Below the pieces are notes generated by a model. The model made no database searches. It was not told the DNA's origin and worked only from the letters and a program-made list of their open reading frames with translations. Positions 27,091 through 39,939 of a DNA stretch of 64,000 nt are shown here, piece after piece; positions within the stretch are counted from its first letter, which is position 1, and the number at the start of each line of letters is the position of its first letter. A program made the position numbers and the translations under genes. Source of the DNA: Callorhinchus milii (lineage: Eukaryota); contig NW_024704742.1 in the NCBI RefSeq assembly GCF_018977255.1, positions 88,848,001-88,912,000 on the forward strand. The letters run 5' to 3'.

Positions 27091-27714
27091 TAACCAACTT
27101 CCCACATCTCCCACCATTATAGGAGCTCTGAGAAAGATTGCAAATCAGTATCGAATTGTGGGCAGTTTTTATGGTGCAAACTCATATTCAGTAGAAGCTG
27201 AAGAGACAACCCCAAGTTCAGTTTACACATTTGGGCCCATTTACCTTGAGATTTAATTGGATTTTTCACTGAAGTAAAAAAACGACAAAGTATATTTTTG
27301 GTGACCAACATAAGAAGCCCACTGGTACAGAATAATTACAATCCTTTTATTTGGTATAGAACCTATAACATTGTTCTAAACATTTCAAAGCACTTCATAG
27401 GACTTTACTGTAAAGTGTAGTGACTGTGGACAAAATGTAAGTGGACCTGTGTTTGTGGTCAGTTAAGTGAGAGAGATGGAGAAAGCAATTTAATATGAAC
27501 AGGATTCGAACTGTGGTTCCAGCACAATACACCACTAAATGCTCCAATCTACATGTTCTTGTTTTAAAAATAATTAAATGCAAATTTTAATGAGAGTATA
27601 GCAAATTTGTTGTTACCTCATTAGCTTAGGAATTTGAAGCTTTCTAAACTACAGATTGATAGCATAACTGTACTCTGAATGATAGGGGAATTTCCTGCAC
27701 AACTGATGGGGTGC

Positions 27715-28172
27715 ACCTCACTAAACTCTGCAGCCCCATCACACCAGTTCTAGCCAGCATCCACTGGCTCCCTATCACCAAACGGATTAATTTCAGGATC
27801 CTCACTCTCATCTTCAAATCCCTTCATGCCCTGGCATCTCCCTACCTCTCCGACCTTCTTACCCCCAACCCACTACACACTGCCTCCACTCGACTGGCTC
27901 CGGCCTCCCGCTTGTCGCTCGAACCCTTTGTTCCACCATCGGTGGCTGCACTTTCAGCCACTTCACCCTGAAATGCTGGAACTCTCTCCTTTTAACCCTC
28001 TGCCTTTCCGCTCCTTCCCTATCTTCAGGTCGCACCTGAAGATCTTACTCTTCGACCATACCTATGCCTCCCCCCTTCTCCCCATCTCAACGTCGTGTTC
28101 TGTCACTGTCAAGTGCTGTGGGATGCTACCCAGCATGAGGGACACTACATAAATGCAAGTTGTTGTTGTTGC
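27715..28172 (+). mobile_element. L2 3' fragment (older subfamily)
   Basis: PITPVLASIHWLPITKRINFRILTLIFKSLHALASPYLSDLL translation. (TGT)n tail. Confidence 0.9.
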
Positions 28173-28685
28173 AATTATAATGAGCTGACTGGATGAGAGG
28201 TTATAGACGGTCAGCCGCAACAGGTTGAATAAACACCTTTAGTTCTGTGCAATATTATAAAAGACAGTCACGGATAACCAGACAGAATGAGATGTGTGTT
28301 CCTTCTCCACAATGCCTCTGGGCAAAATGTTTTTTTAAAAAACTAGATGCAACAAAAATTACTATTACGTTTGAAAGGAACACGCCAACTCTGATCCATT
28401 GTCTAAGTGGATAAATCATCTGTATCCAGCCTGCCTCTGCTCACAAGTCAGCACTTTGCAATGATTTAATTTGCTGCTGTTTGCGAAGAAATGCAGTGTT
28501 TAAACACAACATATGTGAAGGTTAGACTGCTGCTGCATCTAAGTTCCTTTCCTCAGCAAACCCACAGTGGAAGCAGTTCTAGGACAATTATTTTTTTCTT
28601 CCCCTTCTTATTCAGCATTCTACGCAGGCTCTGTGTGTGACATGGAGATGCCACCAATTGATTTTTTTTTAACAGAGGACAAAAG

Positions 28686-28943
28686 TTCTCTTTGACCGAG
28701 CCTTCAGCTCCCCTCTCGATTCTCTTTGACCGAGCCTTCAGCTCCCCTCTCGACTCTCTTCCCCCTTCTCGCTCCCTCCCTCCCCTCACCCTGACCATTT
28801 CCCCCCTCCTCGCTCCCTCCCTTCCCTCCCCTCACCCTGACCATTTCCCCCCCTGCTCGGGTCATGACCCAACTGTGCAGCGCCTTGGGACGTCCTCCTG
28901 ACGTGAAAGGCGCTTTATAAATGGAATCTTGTTGTTGTTGTTG
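28686..28943 (+). mobile_element. Young L2 3'-terminal copy with an exact 34-nt tandem duplication at its 5' end
   Basis: ttctctttgaccgagccttcagctcccctctcga twice (28686-28719, 28720-28753). Remainder near-identical to 8886-9120. Confidence 0.95.
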
Positions 28944-29842
28944 AGATCCACAATTCATGCATTTGGAAGCTGTGTTTCCATTTAAGTTTTGATTCTTGTG
29001 TCAAAGTATAAAATGTCTGATATGTTTCATCCGCTTCACTGTTATGCATAACCTTGTTTCCAATTGCCTCAACACCTCACAAAGAAGAAAAGACTTGTAT
29101 GATCTGATTTTGATATAACACACCTGCAGCTTACATCAAGATTTAAAATTTTAATAATAGTAATAAAAATAACCCTTATTTGATATAGGGTCTACTTTCT
29201 AGTAGATCCATTTTGCCCAGAGGCATTGTGAAGCGCTTTGAGACTTCTTCCCAATGTGAAAGTAGAGTGACTGTGTGTTTTTTGTGAACTTAAACTTATT
29301 GTTGCCTCAATCGTATATTTATTCATTTCTTGGCTGTTTGTAGATCATTGCTATGTGCAAATTGACTGCCACTTTCATCTATAAAATACACAGTCACTAC
29401 ACTTTACAATAAAATCTTGTGAAGCGCTTTGAGATGTCCTTCGAATGTGAATGGCACTGTATCAAATGCAAGGAATATGATTATTATTACTGTTATTCCA
29501 ACTGATTTATACATTTGTGAGTATCAATTTCATAAATTGTTTGACCAGAATACCCAAGTTTATCATATGTTAGTCAAGCTGTTCAGATTTAGAGATGCCG
29601 TGAGATCCCTTGAGGGCTAGAATTCTGGTCTGCATTATTGTAGTACCTTTAGTGATGTATAATTATAATGGGAGTCATACCATTAATAATTGTCATCACT
29701 AAAGGCACTAGGCATAACGCATGGAGCCTTTGACTCCATGTGATACTGAGCCATATAAACAAGGAAAGACTTGGGTTTGATCCCCAGTCTGTGCTGATCT
29801 TGGCTAGAATCGCCATGTGTGAGTGCACATGAGAGGACAACG

Positions 29843-30213
29843 TTAATAATAATAATCCTTTGATTTGATATAGCACCTTATCACGTCATCGAGACGTCTC
29901 AAACCGCTTCATAGAATATATGGTAAAGTGAATTGACGGTATATTTTGTGGGCGAATGCGGCAGCCATTTGCACACAGCCGTGTCCCACAAACAGTCTTG
30001 GATTGAGTGACCAAGTGAAAAATGTTTTTTTTTGCAGGGATTATTAACCCCAGAAAAGCAAACTACCAATCAACTAACTTGGTTCCTATTTACTGCTAGG
30101 TAAACAGAGGTGTGAGGAATAAGGAAACTTGCCTAATGTTTCACCCTCCCAGGAATCAAACCCAGGTCCTCTCGCTTGCGATGCGAGTGCTCTAACCACT
30201 AAACTACAGGACT
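29843..30213 (-). mobile_element. Full-length tRNA-Ala-type SINE (intermediate subfamily)
   Basis: Head gtcctgtagtttagtggttagagcactcgcatcgcaagcgag, long middle segment, stem-loop, (TTA)n. Confidence 0.9.
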
Positions 30214-31464
30214 TCACATGGCTCATATGGAACCATAACTCAGCCTACAGGAGAGGAGGGGTAATTATTTGGACTGATAAAATTGCTGACAACGTCTCTA
30301 ATAACACATGATCAAAAGACAAAATCCCGCTTGACAGGAATTTTACCGAAAGAATAACTTACCAGTACGCAGAAACATAAGGGTGTCATAACTCACAAGT
30401 GTCACAAGTACTATTGAGTTACAAATGGCTGTGTTTCATATGAAGGTGAGCCGGTATCAAAGTAGCCTTGGCTTTCTATTCACTTATTTCTATGGGCCAT
30501 TAATTGTTTTGTTCAAATGCTCCAGTTGCTCTTAAAGAGACTTCAGAGGAGATTGCTGTGTGAGGATTATTAAGTGACGGTTGTTTATGGGGAAAAATGC
30601 ACTTTCTATTCACAGCATTACATTGGTAATTCAGAAATGCTGAGATTACTACAAATGAAAGTGCTTGGTTGGCAATTGTCTCATTGTGGGGTACGGTTCA
30701 GATGCAATGTCAAACTGTGACAATGAAGATCAAGGCCTTTATGAACAATTTACCTGAGAAATCCTACATTAGGAAGGGGGAAATCAGACAGTGTTCCCAC
30801 TCTGGACCACTGGTGTACATGTGTGATTATCTTTAGATGTGTATACATAGGAAAATATGTAGCTATCTGTGTACGTGTACTTCTCTGCGAGCAAGTACTA
30901 CATCCTGTAGCATTAATATAGTCTAATCAGATGCCTGAGCTGAGCAACTCGTCCATTCACAGAGTACAGAGTTTGTGATAATCATGTTCAAACTCAATCC
31001 CGTTCTGGTTAAAAAACACAAAGACGGGACCAAGCAGCAAAGCAGACATTTAAGTATGAAGATAAAGCAGCTATGGTAAATAAGGAAAGGATTTGATGCC
31101 TGTGTTTATCAGTAAAATTGCATCAGTGAGAGATAGTCACTGCCAACCAGCTGCCATTGCTCTTTTTGCAATTACTGAGCAGCAATGAGATGTTGTCCTT
31201 CATGTCTTGTATCATCTCCTTGTAACAAATACTTTAACCTTTGGTTAAACAGCAGATGAAGAGGTGACACATCAGATATGTGCAAGCAGAGAATCAAGCC
31301 ACTTGGAAGATTGTTAACTAAACTTCTCAGACTGTGTCAACATCTGTGTTTTCAAGGGAAATGAAAAGGGAACCAGAGGATAACACTCCTAGAATCTTCC
31401 TGCTGAAAAATATTGTTTTCCTCAGGAAGAGATACAATTAATTTTCTTATTCTTTCCTTCTACA

Positions 31465-34220
31465 ACAAGAACAACAACAAAAACAAGATTGCATTCATAA
31501 TAATAATAATAATCCTTGCATTTGATATAGCGCTTTTCACGTCGGGAGGACGTCCCAAAGCGCTTCACAGAACACACTGTAAAGTGAATTGACTGTATAT
31601 TTGTGGGCGAACGCAGCAGCCAATTGCGCACAGCAATGTCCCACAAACAGTCGTAGATTGAAAATGACCAATTTTTATTATTGTTTTTGATTTTGGAGGG
31701 ATTACTATTAGGCGTATGAAGTAAGGAAACTTGCCCAAGGTTTCGCCCTGACCTGCCTGGAATTGAACTCAGGTTTCTCGCTTGCAAAGCGAGTGCTCTA
31801 ACTACTGAGCTACAGGATTCCACAATAGAGAGCCTTTCACGTCGGGAGGACGTCCCGGGGCACTGTACAGTTGGGTCAGGACCCGAGCAGGGGGGAAATG
31901 GTCAGGGTGAGGGGAGGGAAGGGAGGAGGAGGAGGGGAGGAGGGGAGGAAGGGAGGGAGAGAGGGGGGTAGAGAGTTGAGAGGGGAGCTGAAGGCACGGT
32001 TGAAGAGAAAGGTCTTGAGACCGGCCCTGAAGGTGGAAAGGGAGGAGACGGTGAAGGCACTGGGGGATGGAGTTCCAGAGCCTCGGGGCTGAGAGGCTGA
32101 AGGCCCGGCCACCGATGGTAGAGCGGTTAGGGCGGGGGATGTGGAGCAGACCGGAGCCAGAGGAACGGCGGGTACGGGCAGGTAGGTAGGGGATAGTAGG
32201 TCGAAGAGGTAGGAGGGAGCAAGGCCGTGAATGGCCTTGTAGGTGAGAATGAGGATCTTGAATTTGATCCTCTGGGGGATGGGGAGCCAGTGGAGGCGAG
32301 CGAGGGTGGGAGTGATGTGGTCCTGGTGCGGGACAGTACACGAGCTGCAGAGTTCTGAATGACCTGCAGCTTGTGGAGGGAGGTGCCGGGAAGGCCGGCG
32401 AGGAGAGAGTTCCCATAGTCCAGCCTTGAGGTGATAAAAGTGTGGACCAGAGTTTCAGCAGCGTGAGGGGTGAGGTAGTGCCGTAGTCTGGCGATATTCC
32501 GGAGGTGGTGGAAATCAATGCCAGCTGTGGCGCGGATGTGGGGAAGAAAGGACAGCTCAGGGTCGAACAGAACCCGAGGTTACTGACCGGCTTTGAGAGG
32601 TGGAGAGTGCAGCCTTGGATGCTGATGCTGTCAGCGCCTGAGGTGCGGAGGCGCTGACGTGAGCCAATCAGGAGGGCCTCAGTTTTACGCACGTTGAGCT
32701 GAAGAAAGTTGTCTCTCGTCCAGGACTCGATGTCGGACAGGCAGGCTGTCAGGACATCGGTGGTCGTGGAGTTGAGGGTAGAGGAGGAAAGGTAGAGTTG
32801 GGTGTCATCCGCATACATGTGGAAGTTAACCCCATGTCTGCGGATGATGTCACCGAGGGGGAGCATATAGAGGGTGAAGAGGAGGGGACCGAGGACAGAG
32901 CCCTGAGGGACACCGCACGAGACAGTGTGGGGGGTGGAGGAAAAGCCGTTTGCAGAGACAAAATGAAGATGGTGGGAGAGGCAGGACCGAAACCACTCAA
33001 GGACAGGGCCTTGAAGGTTGAGGTGGGAGGACAAGCGATGGAGGAGGATAGAGTGGTCGACCGTATCGAATGCGGCTGATAGGTCGAGGAGGACGAGGAT
33101 GCGGAGGGAGCCCTGGTCACAGATGGTCAAGATGTCATTAGTGACCCTGACCAGGGCCGTTTCCATGCTATGGGCAGCATGGAAACCCGACTGGAGGGGC
33201 TCAAAAAGTGAGTGGTTGGAGAGGAAAGAGCGCAGCTGGGAGGCGACGACTCTTTCGAGAACCTTGGACAGGAAGGGAAGGTTGGAGATGGGCCGGTAGC
33301 TTGATAGCTGCGATGCATCAAGGGAGGGTTTTTTTTAGTATGGGAGTGATGGTGGCAGTTTGAGGGGAATGGGAACAGAGTCAGAGGAGAGGGACAGGTT
33401 AATGGTGTCTGTGAGAATTGGGGCAAGGAGGTGGAGCTGGGAGATAAGGAGTGGAGTGGGGATGGAGTCCAGAGAGCAGGTGGTGGGTTTCAAGGACAGG
33501 ATAAGTTTGGTGACAGAGGGTGGGGAAACGGGTTCGAAGGTGGATAGTGGAGGATGGATAGGAGTCGGAGTGTGGGAGGGAAGGGATGGGGGTTGGGTGG
33601 AAGTTGGAGGGGCAGTGACCACGGAGCGGATTCCCTTGATTTTGGATTCAAGGAAATCCAGCATCTCCTCGCAGTGAAGGTTGGAGGAGATGACCTGCAC
33701 GGGTTGGCGGGCGGGACGGAGGAGTCGGGATGTGGTAGAGAACAGAAGCCTGGAGTTGTTCTTTGCCTCCAGGATTATTCTGGAATAGAAAGACGACTTT
33801 GCCGAGGCTAGAGTGGAGCGGTAGGTTTTGAGGAGGTCCAGCCAGATTTGCCGGTGGAACGTTTGGCCAGATTTGAGGCAGATGCGTTCAGCGGCCCGCA
33901 CCTGGCTCTTCAGTGAGCAGAGGCGGGTGGTGAACCAGGGGGAGGAGCAAGAGTAAGAGACAGTACGGGAGGTGATGGGGGCAAGAGTGTTGAGTGTGGA
34001 AGAGAGGATGTTGTGGAGGAGGATGAGAGCAGAAGAGGGGTCAGTGAGGGTTGAAGGCCAGAGGGAGAGGAGTTCAGAGGACTCCAAGGCAGCGGTTAGG
34101 GATTGTGGGGGTAACTTCTTCCAGGAGCGGTAGAAGATGCTGGTGGGTCTGGTGGAGGTAGGGAGGGGGTGGATGTGGTGAAGGAGATGAAGTGGTGATC
34201 AGAGACGGCCTTATCGGCCT
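31465..34220 (-). mobile_element. 5'-truncated young L2 (endonuclease end, RT, 3' end) with a SINE inserted in its terminal ~30 nt
   Basis: ORFs 33335-34087 and 31802-33166 nearly match the full-length copy (YADD present). Tail aatgcaatcttgtt.. resumes beyond the SINE. Confidence 0.96.
31497..31821 (-). mobile_element. Full-length young tRNA-Ala-type SINE nested in the L2 tail
   Basis: Head ggaatcctgtagctcagtagttagagcactcgctttgcaagcgag..gagttcaattcc, stem-loop 31530-31563, (TTA)n. Confidence 0.95.
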
Positions 34221-34706
34221 TGTGGGAATTCTTTCCTCAAGCATATTGAATCCAGAATCCCAAAATTATTCAGGACTTCTTACTTCATGCTTCATTGATA
34301 TTTGAGTTAAGTTTGTTATCAATGTTGAAGCTCTCAAAAGAGCTTAGAGAGTAATAAACATATCTAGGTAAATATTCTTAATGACATCTGGACAATAGAA
34401 ATATAATGATTAGGTTTGGTATATGTCTTCAGTGGATGTTCAGAACCCACAAAATTTCCACAATCACACCAATTAACAGTATATCCTGTGAAGTGTGTGG
34501 AGACATCTCAATGACATGATAAGGCATTATATCAAATGCAAGAATAATATTATTATTGTTTTTATTATCATTTTGTAAGTGTTTATAACCTTTGAGCTCG
34601 CATTTAGGGATGACAAAGAGAAGTCCATCAGAACATATTAAATATATTAAACATATTAAACTGCTATTAACAAAATAGGAGGTTCGTGGGAGAATTTTTG
34701 CGATTT

Positions 34707-35046
34707 AATAATAATAATAATAATCCTTGCATTTGATATAGCGTTTTTCACGTCAGGAGGACGTCCCAAAGCGCTTCACAGAACACACTGTAAAGTGAAT
34801 TGACTGTATATTTGTGGGCGAACGCGGCAGCCAATTGCGCACAGCAATGTCCCACAAACGGTCGTAGATTGAAAATGACCAATTTATTATTGTTTTTGGT
34901 TTTGGAAGGATTATTATTAGGCTCTGTGTGGAGTAAGGAAACTTGCCCAAGGTTTCGCCCTGCCTGGAATTGAACTCAGGTCTCTCGTTTGCAAAGCGAG
35001 TGCTCTAACCACTGAGCTACAGGACTCCACTGAGCTACAGGACTCC
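34707..35046 (-). mobile_element. Full-length young tRNA-Ala-type SINE with duplicated 18-nt 5' end
   Basis: A box TAGCTCAGTGG and B box GTTCAATTC. actgagctacaggactcc repeated at 35011-35028 and 35029-35046. Confidence 0.95.
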
Positions 35047-35369
35047 AGTTTAGATTTATCTTTTCATCTAGAGATGACACCTAGACACCTAGTGATGAGG
35101 TGACCAGAACAGGGGATGGCATTCTCACCTGAGATGTAGAAAGAGATAAGAGATAAGAAAGAAAATATTCGGAGGAAAGAAGAGTGAAGTCTCTACATTG
35201 AACATTTTCAATGAAGAGATTTTGGCCTTATTTCCTCAGAAAAGGGGGAGGCCAGTGCTTAGTTATAGGTGCTGTAGGAAAAAGTAAGTTAGTGAAGCAG
35301 CCTTCAAAGCTGGAATGTTGGAGCAGTACCAGAACTTTTCTTCAGATGGTATGTGATGGGCTCAATAGT

Positions 35370-35815
35370 AACACATAACATAACATGTAGGAACAGGAGT
35401 AGGCCATTCGGCCCTTCGAGCCTGCCCCGCCATTCAATCATGGCTGATCTTCTAATCCAACTCTAGCTAATAACCTGACCCTGCCTTATCCCCATATCCC
35501 TTAATCCCTTTTGCAATAAGAAATCTATCTATCTTAGTCTTGAATATGTTCAAGGACTGAGCGTCAACAGCCCTTTGGGGTAGTGAGTTCCATACATTCG
35601 CCACCCTTTGAGTGAAGACGTTCATCCTCAACTCAGCGCGAAAGGGCTGGGCTCTGATTTTAAGATTGTGATCCCTGGTTTTAGTTTTTCCAACCAGGGG
35701 AAACAATCTCCCACTAGCTACTCTATCATGCCCTTTGGTGATCTTATATGTATCTGCACCCCTCCAAGGCAAATACATCTTTCCTTAAATGAGGAGAGCA
35801 AAACTGGACACAGAA
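35370..35815 (-). mobile_element. CR1 LINE 3' end (second subfamily)
   Basis: FTQRVANVWNSLPQRAVDAQSLNIFKTKIDRFL translation. Terminal gaagggccgaatggcctactcctgttcc followed by (TATGT)n. Confidence 0.9.
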
Positions 35816-35884
35816 CTTGGGTCCTGTAGCACTACATATCTGAATCAAATTGCTTCAGCCACTCAAAATTTCAGATCAGCTGTA

Positions 35885-36240
35885 TAACAATCACGTTGGA
35901 GGGACAACTCAAAGCACTGGATAGTCAAAGATGTGCACCTGAGCTGCAGGTTGGGATCAGAAAGGGTGGAGGACAGGGAGGGTGGCCAAAGGTACAATTA
36001 AAGAGAAGGGGCTTGAGGCAGACCTTGAAGGAAGCAAGGGAGGGGATATGGCAAAAGGACTGTGGGATGGAGTTCCAAAGGGTGGGAGTAGATAGGTTGA
36101 AGGCTGACAGCTGATGCTGGTATAGGCAGGGTGGGGAAGTGGAGCAGGCCAGAGTTTACTGAGTGGAGAGAGCAGACAGGCTGGTAAGGAGTTAGCAGGT
36201 CACAGAGGTATGGTGGAACCAGGCTGCAGAGGCTTTTATT
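35885..36240 (-). mobile_element. Degraded L2 3' fragment
   Basis: gggatggagttccaaag, gaccttgaaggaagcaaggga and ggttgaaggc match the other minus-strand L2 3' ends. Confidence 0.75.
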
Positions 36241-36640
36241 GATTGTACTACGCTTTCAGACTAACCGTTAGAGCTTATATTTCCAAATGCACGCAGTCAA
36301 CATCCCCACAAAGTCTGGGGTGCCAACCACAGCATTGCCTTGGCACTTTCTTTACGTTACTCTGCACCTTCGGTGGAAATGGATGAGCCTCACAGCTTTC
36401 TGGAACAACGCATCAGTCACCACTGTAATACAGCTGGACATGATGCCCCGTCCAATAGCAAATAAATCACCTGATACTATTTGGAAACTCCCAGTGACCA
36501 GACAATGAATTGGTGCTGTCACTTTAATAGCCATAGCCAAAGCAGTTGGAGTCACTGATGATCCATTTAAATCAGTTGCTAATATTGCACACATTTCCAT
36601 CAAACACTCCTTGGAGAGTCTGAATCCCAGTCTGTCATCT
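36240..36640 (-). pseudogene. PIF/Harbinger transposase fossil (HARBI1-like N-terminal half)
   Basis: GFRLSKECLMEMCAILATDL..ALAMAIKVTAPIHCLVTGSFQIVSGDLFAIG..MSSCITVVTDALFQKAVRLIHF, then after a frameshift VDCVHLEI*AL. Parallels HARBI1-family SGSFQ..GD..GISQ.SMSRCV..VT.AL...A..FI.F and VDCIHVAIKAP as recalled. Contains stops. Confidence 0.8.
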
Positions 36641-37362
36641 CTCTCACAGTCCTGTATATCCTTACAGAATACCTTCTGGTGATTGGGTTCCTCTTGTCTT
36701 ATGTGCTTCAGGGGGTAAAAATCCTATTGAGCGATGCACATTCCCTTTGGTGATTTGGGCCTTTAGTGGGATTTACCATTATAATTGTGCATCACCAAAG
36801 GCACTGCCTGTAATGCCGAATGAAATTTTTAGTCATCAATCTCGCTTTAATTCCATCCCCCTTTGATAGTACGTTGGATGCTGTTATTGGCACAATTACC
36901 ATGGCTGTTTGTCCTCAGACAAGACCTATTAATGTGCTGGAATAGTTTAAGGTCTGGCGTGGCTGTGATTTAAAATGTTGGCAGAGTACACCATCTAATG
37001 GTCCATCATTTGTTAGTTCATTGGATCGAGCCCCAATAATTGGCTCAATTAGTGTTTTCAATCTACAGATAGAATTACCACAGTATTAAAGCAACTTTGG
37101 AATATGCTAATTGGGACCTAACCCTTTGAAGTCTGTGGAGTCTATGAATGTATTTCTGGGAGACTTAGGTTTCCCTATATCACTTATGTGGACCACTGGG
37201 GTTCATCTGGCTATTTCAAAAGCAAAAAATAAAATCAACAAAAAATTCTACATTACTTCATCATTCTTGTTTCTCAATCGATTTCATTAACTAATAGCTA
37301 TCAATTTTTCCTCTTGAATTTACTGGCACAGTCTGCTCCACACCTCCCTGGGTATTCCTTTA

Positions 37363-37710
37363 GAGTCCTGTAGCTCAGTGGTTAGAGCGCTCACCTCACA
37401 AGCAAGATTTTGATTCCCGGCAGGGCGAAATGTTGGGCAAGTTTCGTTACTCCTCACGCCTCTGTTTACCAGCAGTAACTGGGAACCTGGTTGTTAGTCA
37501 ATTGGCAGATTGCTCTTCCGGGGGTAATAATTCCTTTTAAAAAGAAATTGGTCACTTCAATCCATGATTGTTTGTGAGTGTGCAATTGGCTGCCGTGTTT
37601 CGCCCACAAAATATACAGTCCATTCACTTTACAGTATATTCTGTGAAACGCTTTGAGATGTCTCGAAGACATGATAAGGTGCTATATCAAATGCAAGTAT
37701 TATTATTATT
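37363..37710 (+). mobile_element. Full-length tRNA-Ala-type SINE (intermediate subfamily)
   Basis: gagtcctgtagctcagtggttagagcgctc head, gggcaagtttcgttactcc, stem-loop, (TTA)n. Confidence 0.9.
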
Positions 37711-39939
37711 CCATGTATTCACCATGCTCTGTGAAAAGCATTTAAATAATTGAAAATGTCTTATTCACCTTTTCACTTTGCTTGAATTCATGCCCCTTTA
37801 CTGTTGACAATTTGACCATATTAAACAAATAAATATAAAAATAAATACAACATTGTATATAAAACATTATGCCAGGGTCTATTTTTTTGGATTCAAGCTC
37901 CTAGAGTAACCCCATTAAAATGATTGTGAGGAAAGAAAATGTCTGCCTGCTCTCGCTCCTGGGTTGTCACTTTCTGTGTGTTTGGCACATATGTGCTATA
38001 TACAAGAAGTTGATCCTGATGCCCATGTTTGTGCACATGCTTGCTGTGTGCAGACAGTGACAGGAGTCACTTTCTGTACATACCTCATAGGCAATGATCA
38101 GGAAATGAAATCAACAGTGTCTTGATGACTTGGAAGGTGGCTATTTTCTAACACAGGAAGCTGGTTAATCAGCCCAAGAGATTCAAACTAGATGTGTGGG
38201 ATCTTCCACAGTAGACCCACACTATAAACAAACCCTCACTGAATAGGGCTGGTTTTGACAAGGTTTTCCTGAATTAGGATTTAGTTATATTATTTTGGAT
38301 GTTACTTTATTGTTTTAATCACTGTGCACAATGTAAATGATGCAAAATTGCTTTTCAAAATCCTCCCTCTTGACTTTCAAAACCATTTCACAAAACATAC
38401 TTCGCTGACTGTGCTTTTGGTCATCTCCATTTTACCCGTCTATCTCCTATCCTGGTCAGGCTCACTCCAATATTGCAAAGGGCTTTGGGACATTTAACAA
38501 CATTAAATATTTAAATACAAGTTGTTGCTGCTACTTGACCAAGGGAAACAGGTGTCTCTAACCTGCCAACTAGGTAGTCTTAATACAAAACTGTTATTTC
38601 ACTTTTGATAACAGGTCAGAATAGCTATTGTAAGTGGAAGACAAGATATGGTAGAAAGAGTCCTTGCTTTAAAATAACAGAATGAGAGAGTAGAGCCCAG
38701 GCATATTGGTAAGAAGAGCCTGAAGGAATGACTGGAGCGATGGAGGAAAGAGCTGCAGCAATCACAAAATTACACACAAGATTGGTTTGAATGAAGAAAG
38801 CTCTTTAGCCTATCCAATCTCATCCTTTCAGAACACCCATCTTACTGTTTCCCCATCATGCTTCAAACTTATTTTTCAATGAGTCCCAGTATCCTTGCCT
38901 CAAACTAACTTTCCTGGCAAACTGTTCCAGGTATTGATTACCATCTGAATAAACACAAACACTGAATAAAGAAAGATACACAAGACAACTTGATCCGAAA
39001 GGTCACAATTTCACTTACTCTTTCAGAATAACTTTAGGCTAACAATGTGTTTGAATGCGGTAAATCCTCCTCAGTGGAGAAAGTAGAACCCACCAAAACT
39101 CAGGTCATTAATTAAAGAAACCATGTCAATGTGTATAAACAGGGCAGAGCATTGGAGGTTCCTGCTGACAATAGAATTGTTGCTTCCCTAGGCATTCCTA
39201 TCGTTCCAAAGCCCAGCATAAGAAAAGTCACGACAATGGGGAAAACAGATCGATTTACCTTGTTAAAGATTTGTTAAAGACCATTAAGAAAGCACACTTA
39301 CAGTGCTGCACAGCTGGGAATACACATCGACAAGAGGATTAGCAATGCCAGGTCAGAGATGGTATTAATGAGGTTAATGACTGGAAACATCAGAAAGTAG
39401 CAACACTGTATTAGTCCTGGGAATACGTTGCACAGAGAGTTTTCTGCCTGTGAATTCAGGTGTAGCCTGTAACATCAGGAAATGACAGCCATTATTTTCA
39501 ATATTGCAACAAATTTCGATTTGTCACAAATTTCCCCTTTGTGTTCCTTCTTCAACACCAATATGTTCCTGTTTTTTACAACAACAATAACTTGCATTTA
39601 AATAGTGCCTCTCACGTGGGGTAAGGTCTCGGAGTGCTGAACCATGGTGAAGTTTGCCGAGTCGGGGAGAAAGGGGAGTTGACTATTGGGACGGTCAAAG
39701 AGGATAGTTTTCAGGTGTGATTTGAAGACAGGTAAAGTGGAGTGTGGCGGTGCAAAGCAGAAGGATTACAGCAAAGATTTTCAGAGGTTCCAGACATACA
39801 GTAGTGGTATCGTAATTCCATAATATTAACAATAATCTTTGCATTTGATATAGCGCCTTTGGCATTGTATTACCTTCTGCTTGTGTTCCTTCTAATAATC
39901 CTTACATTGGATCTAGCACTTTACCATATCATATGTATC

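Noticed and set aside
29715..29815. Possible third tRNA-derived SINE remnant (gggtttgatccccagtctgtgctga; similar inverted sequence near 61710)
   Set aside because: Too short and degraded to support a family call without a profile search.
34955..35028. tRNA-Ala(UGC)-like cloverleaf with A and B boxes
   Set aside because: It is the head of a SINE: contiguous with the SINE body, mispaired T stem, and repeated in diverged copies. Not called as a tRNA gene.
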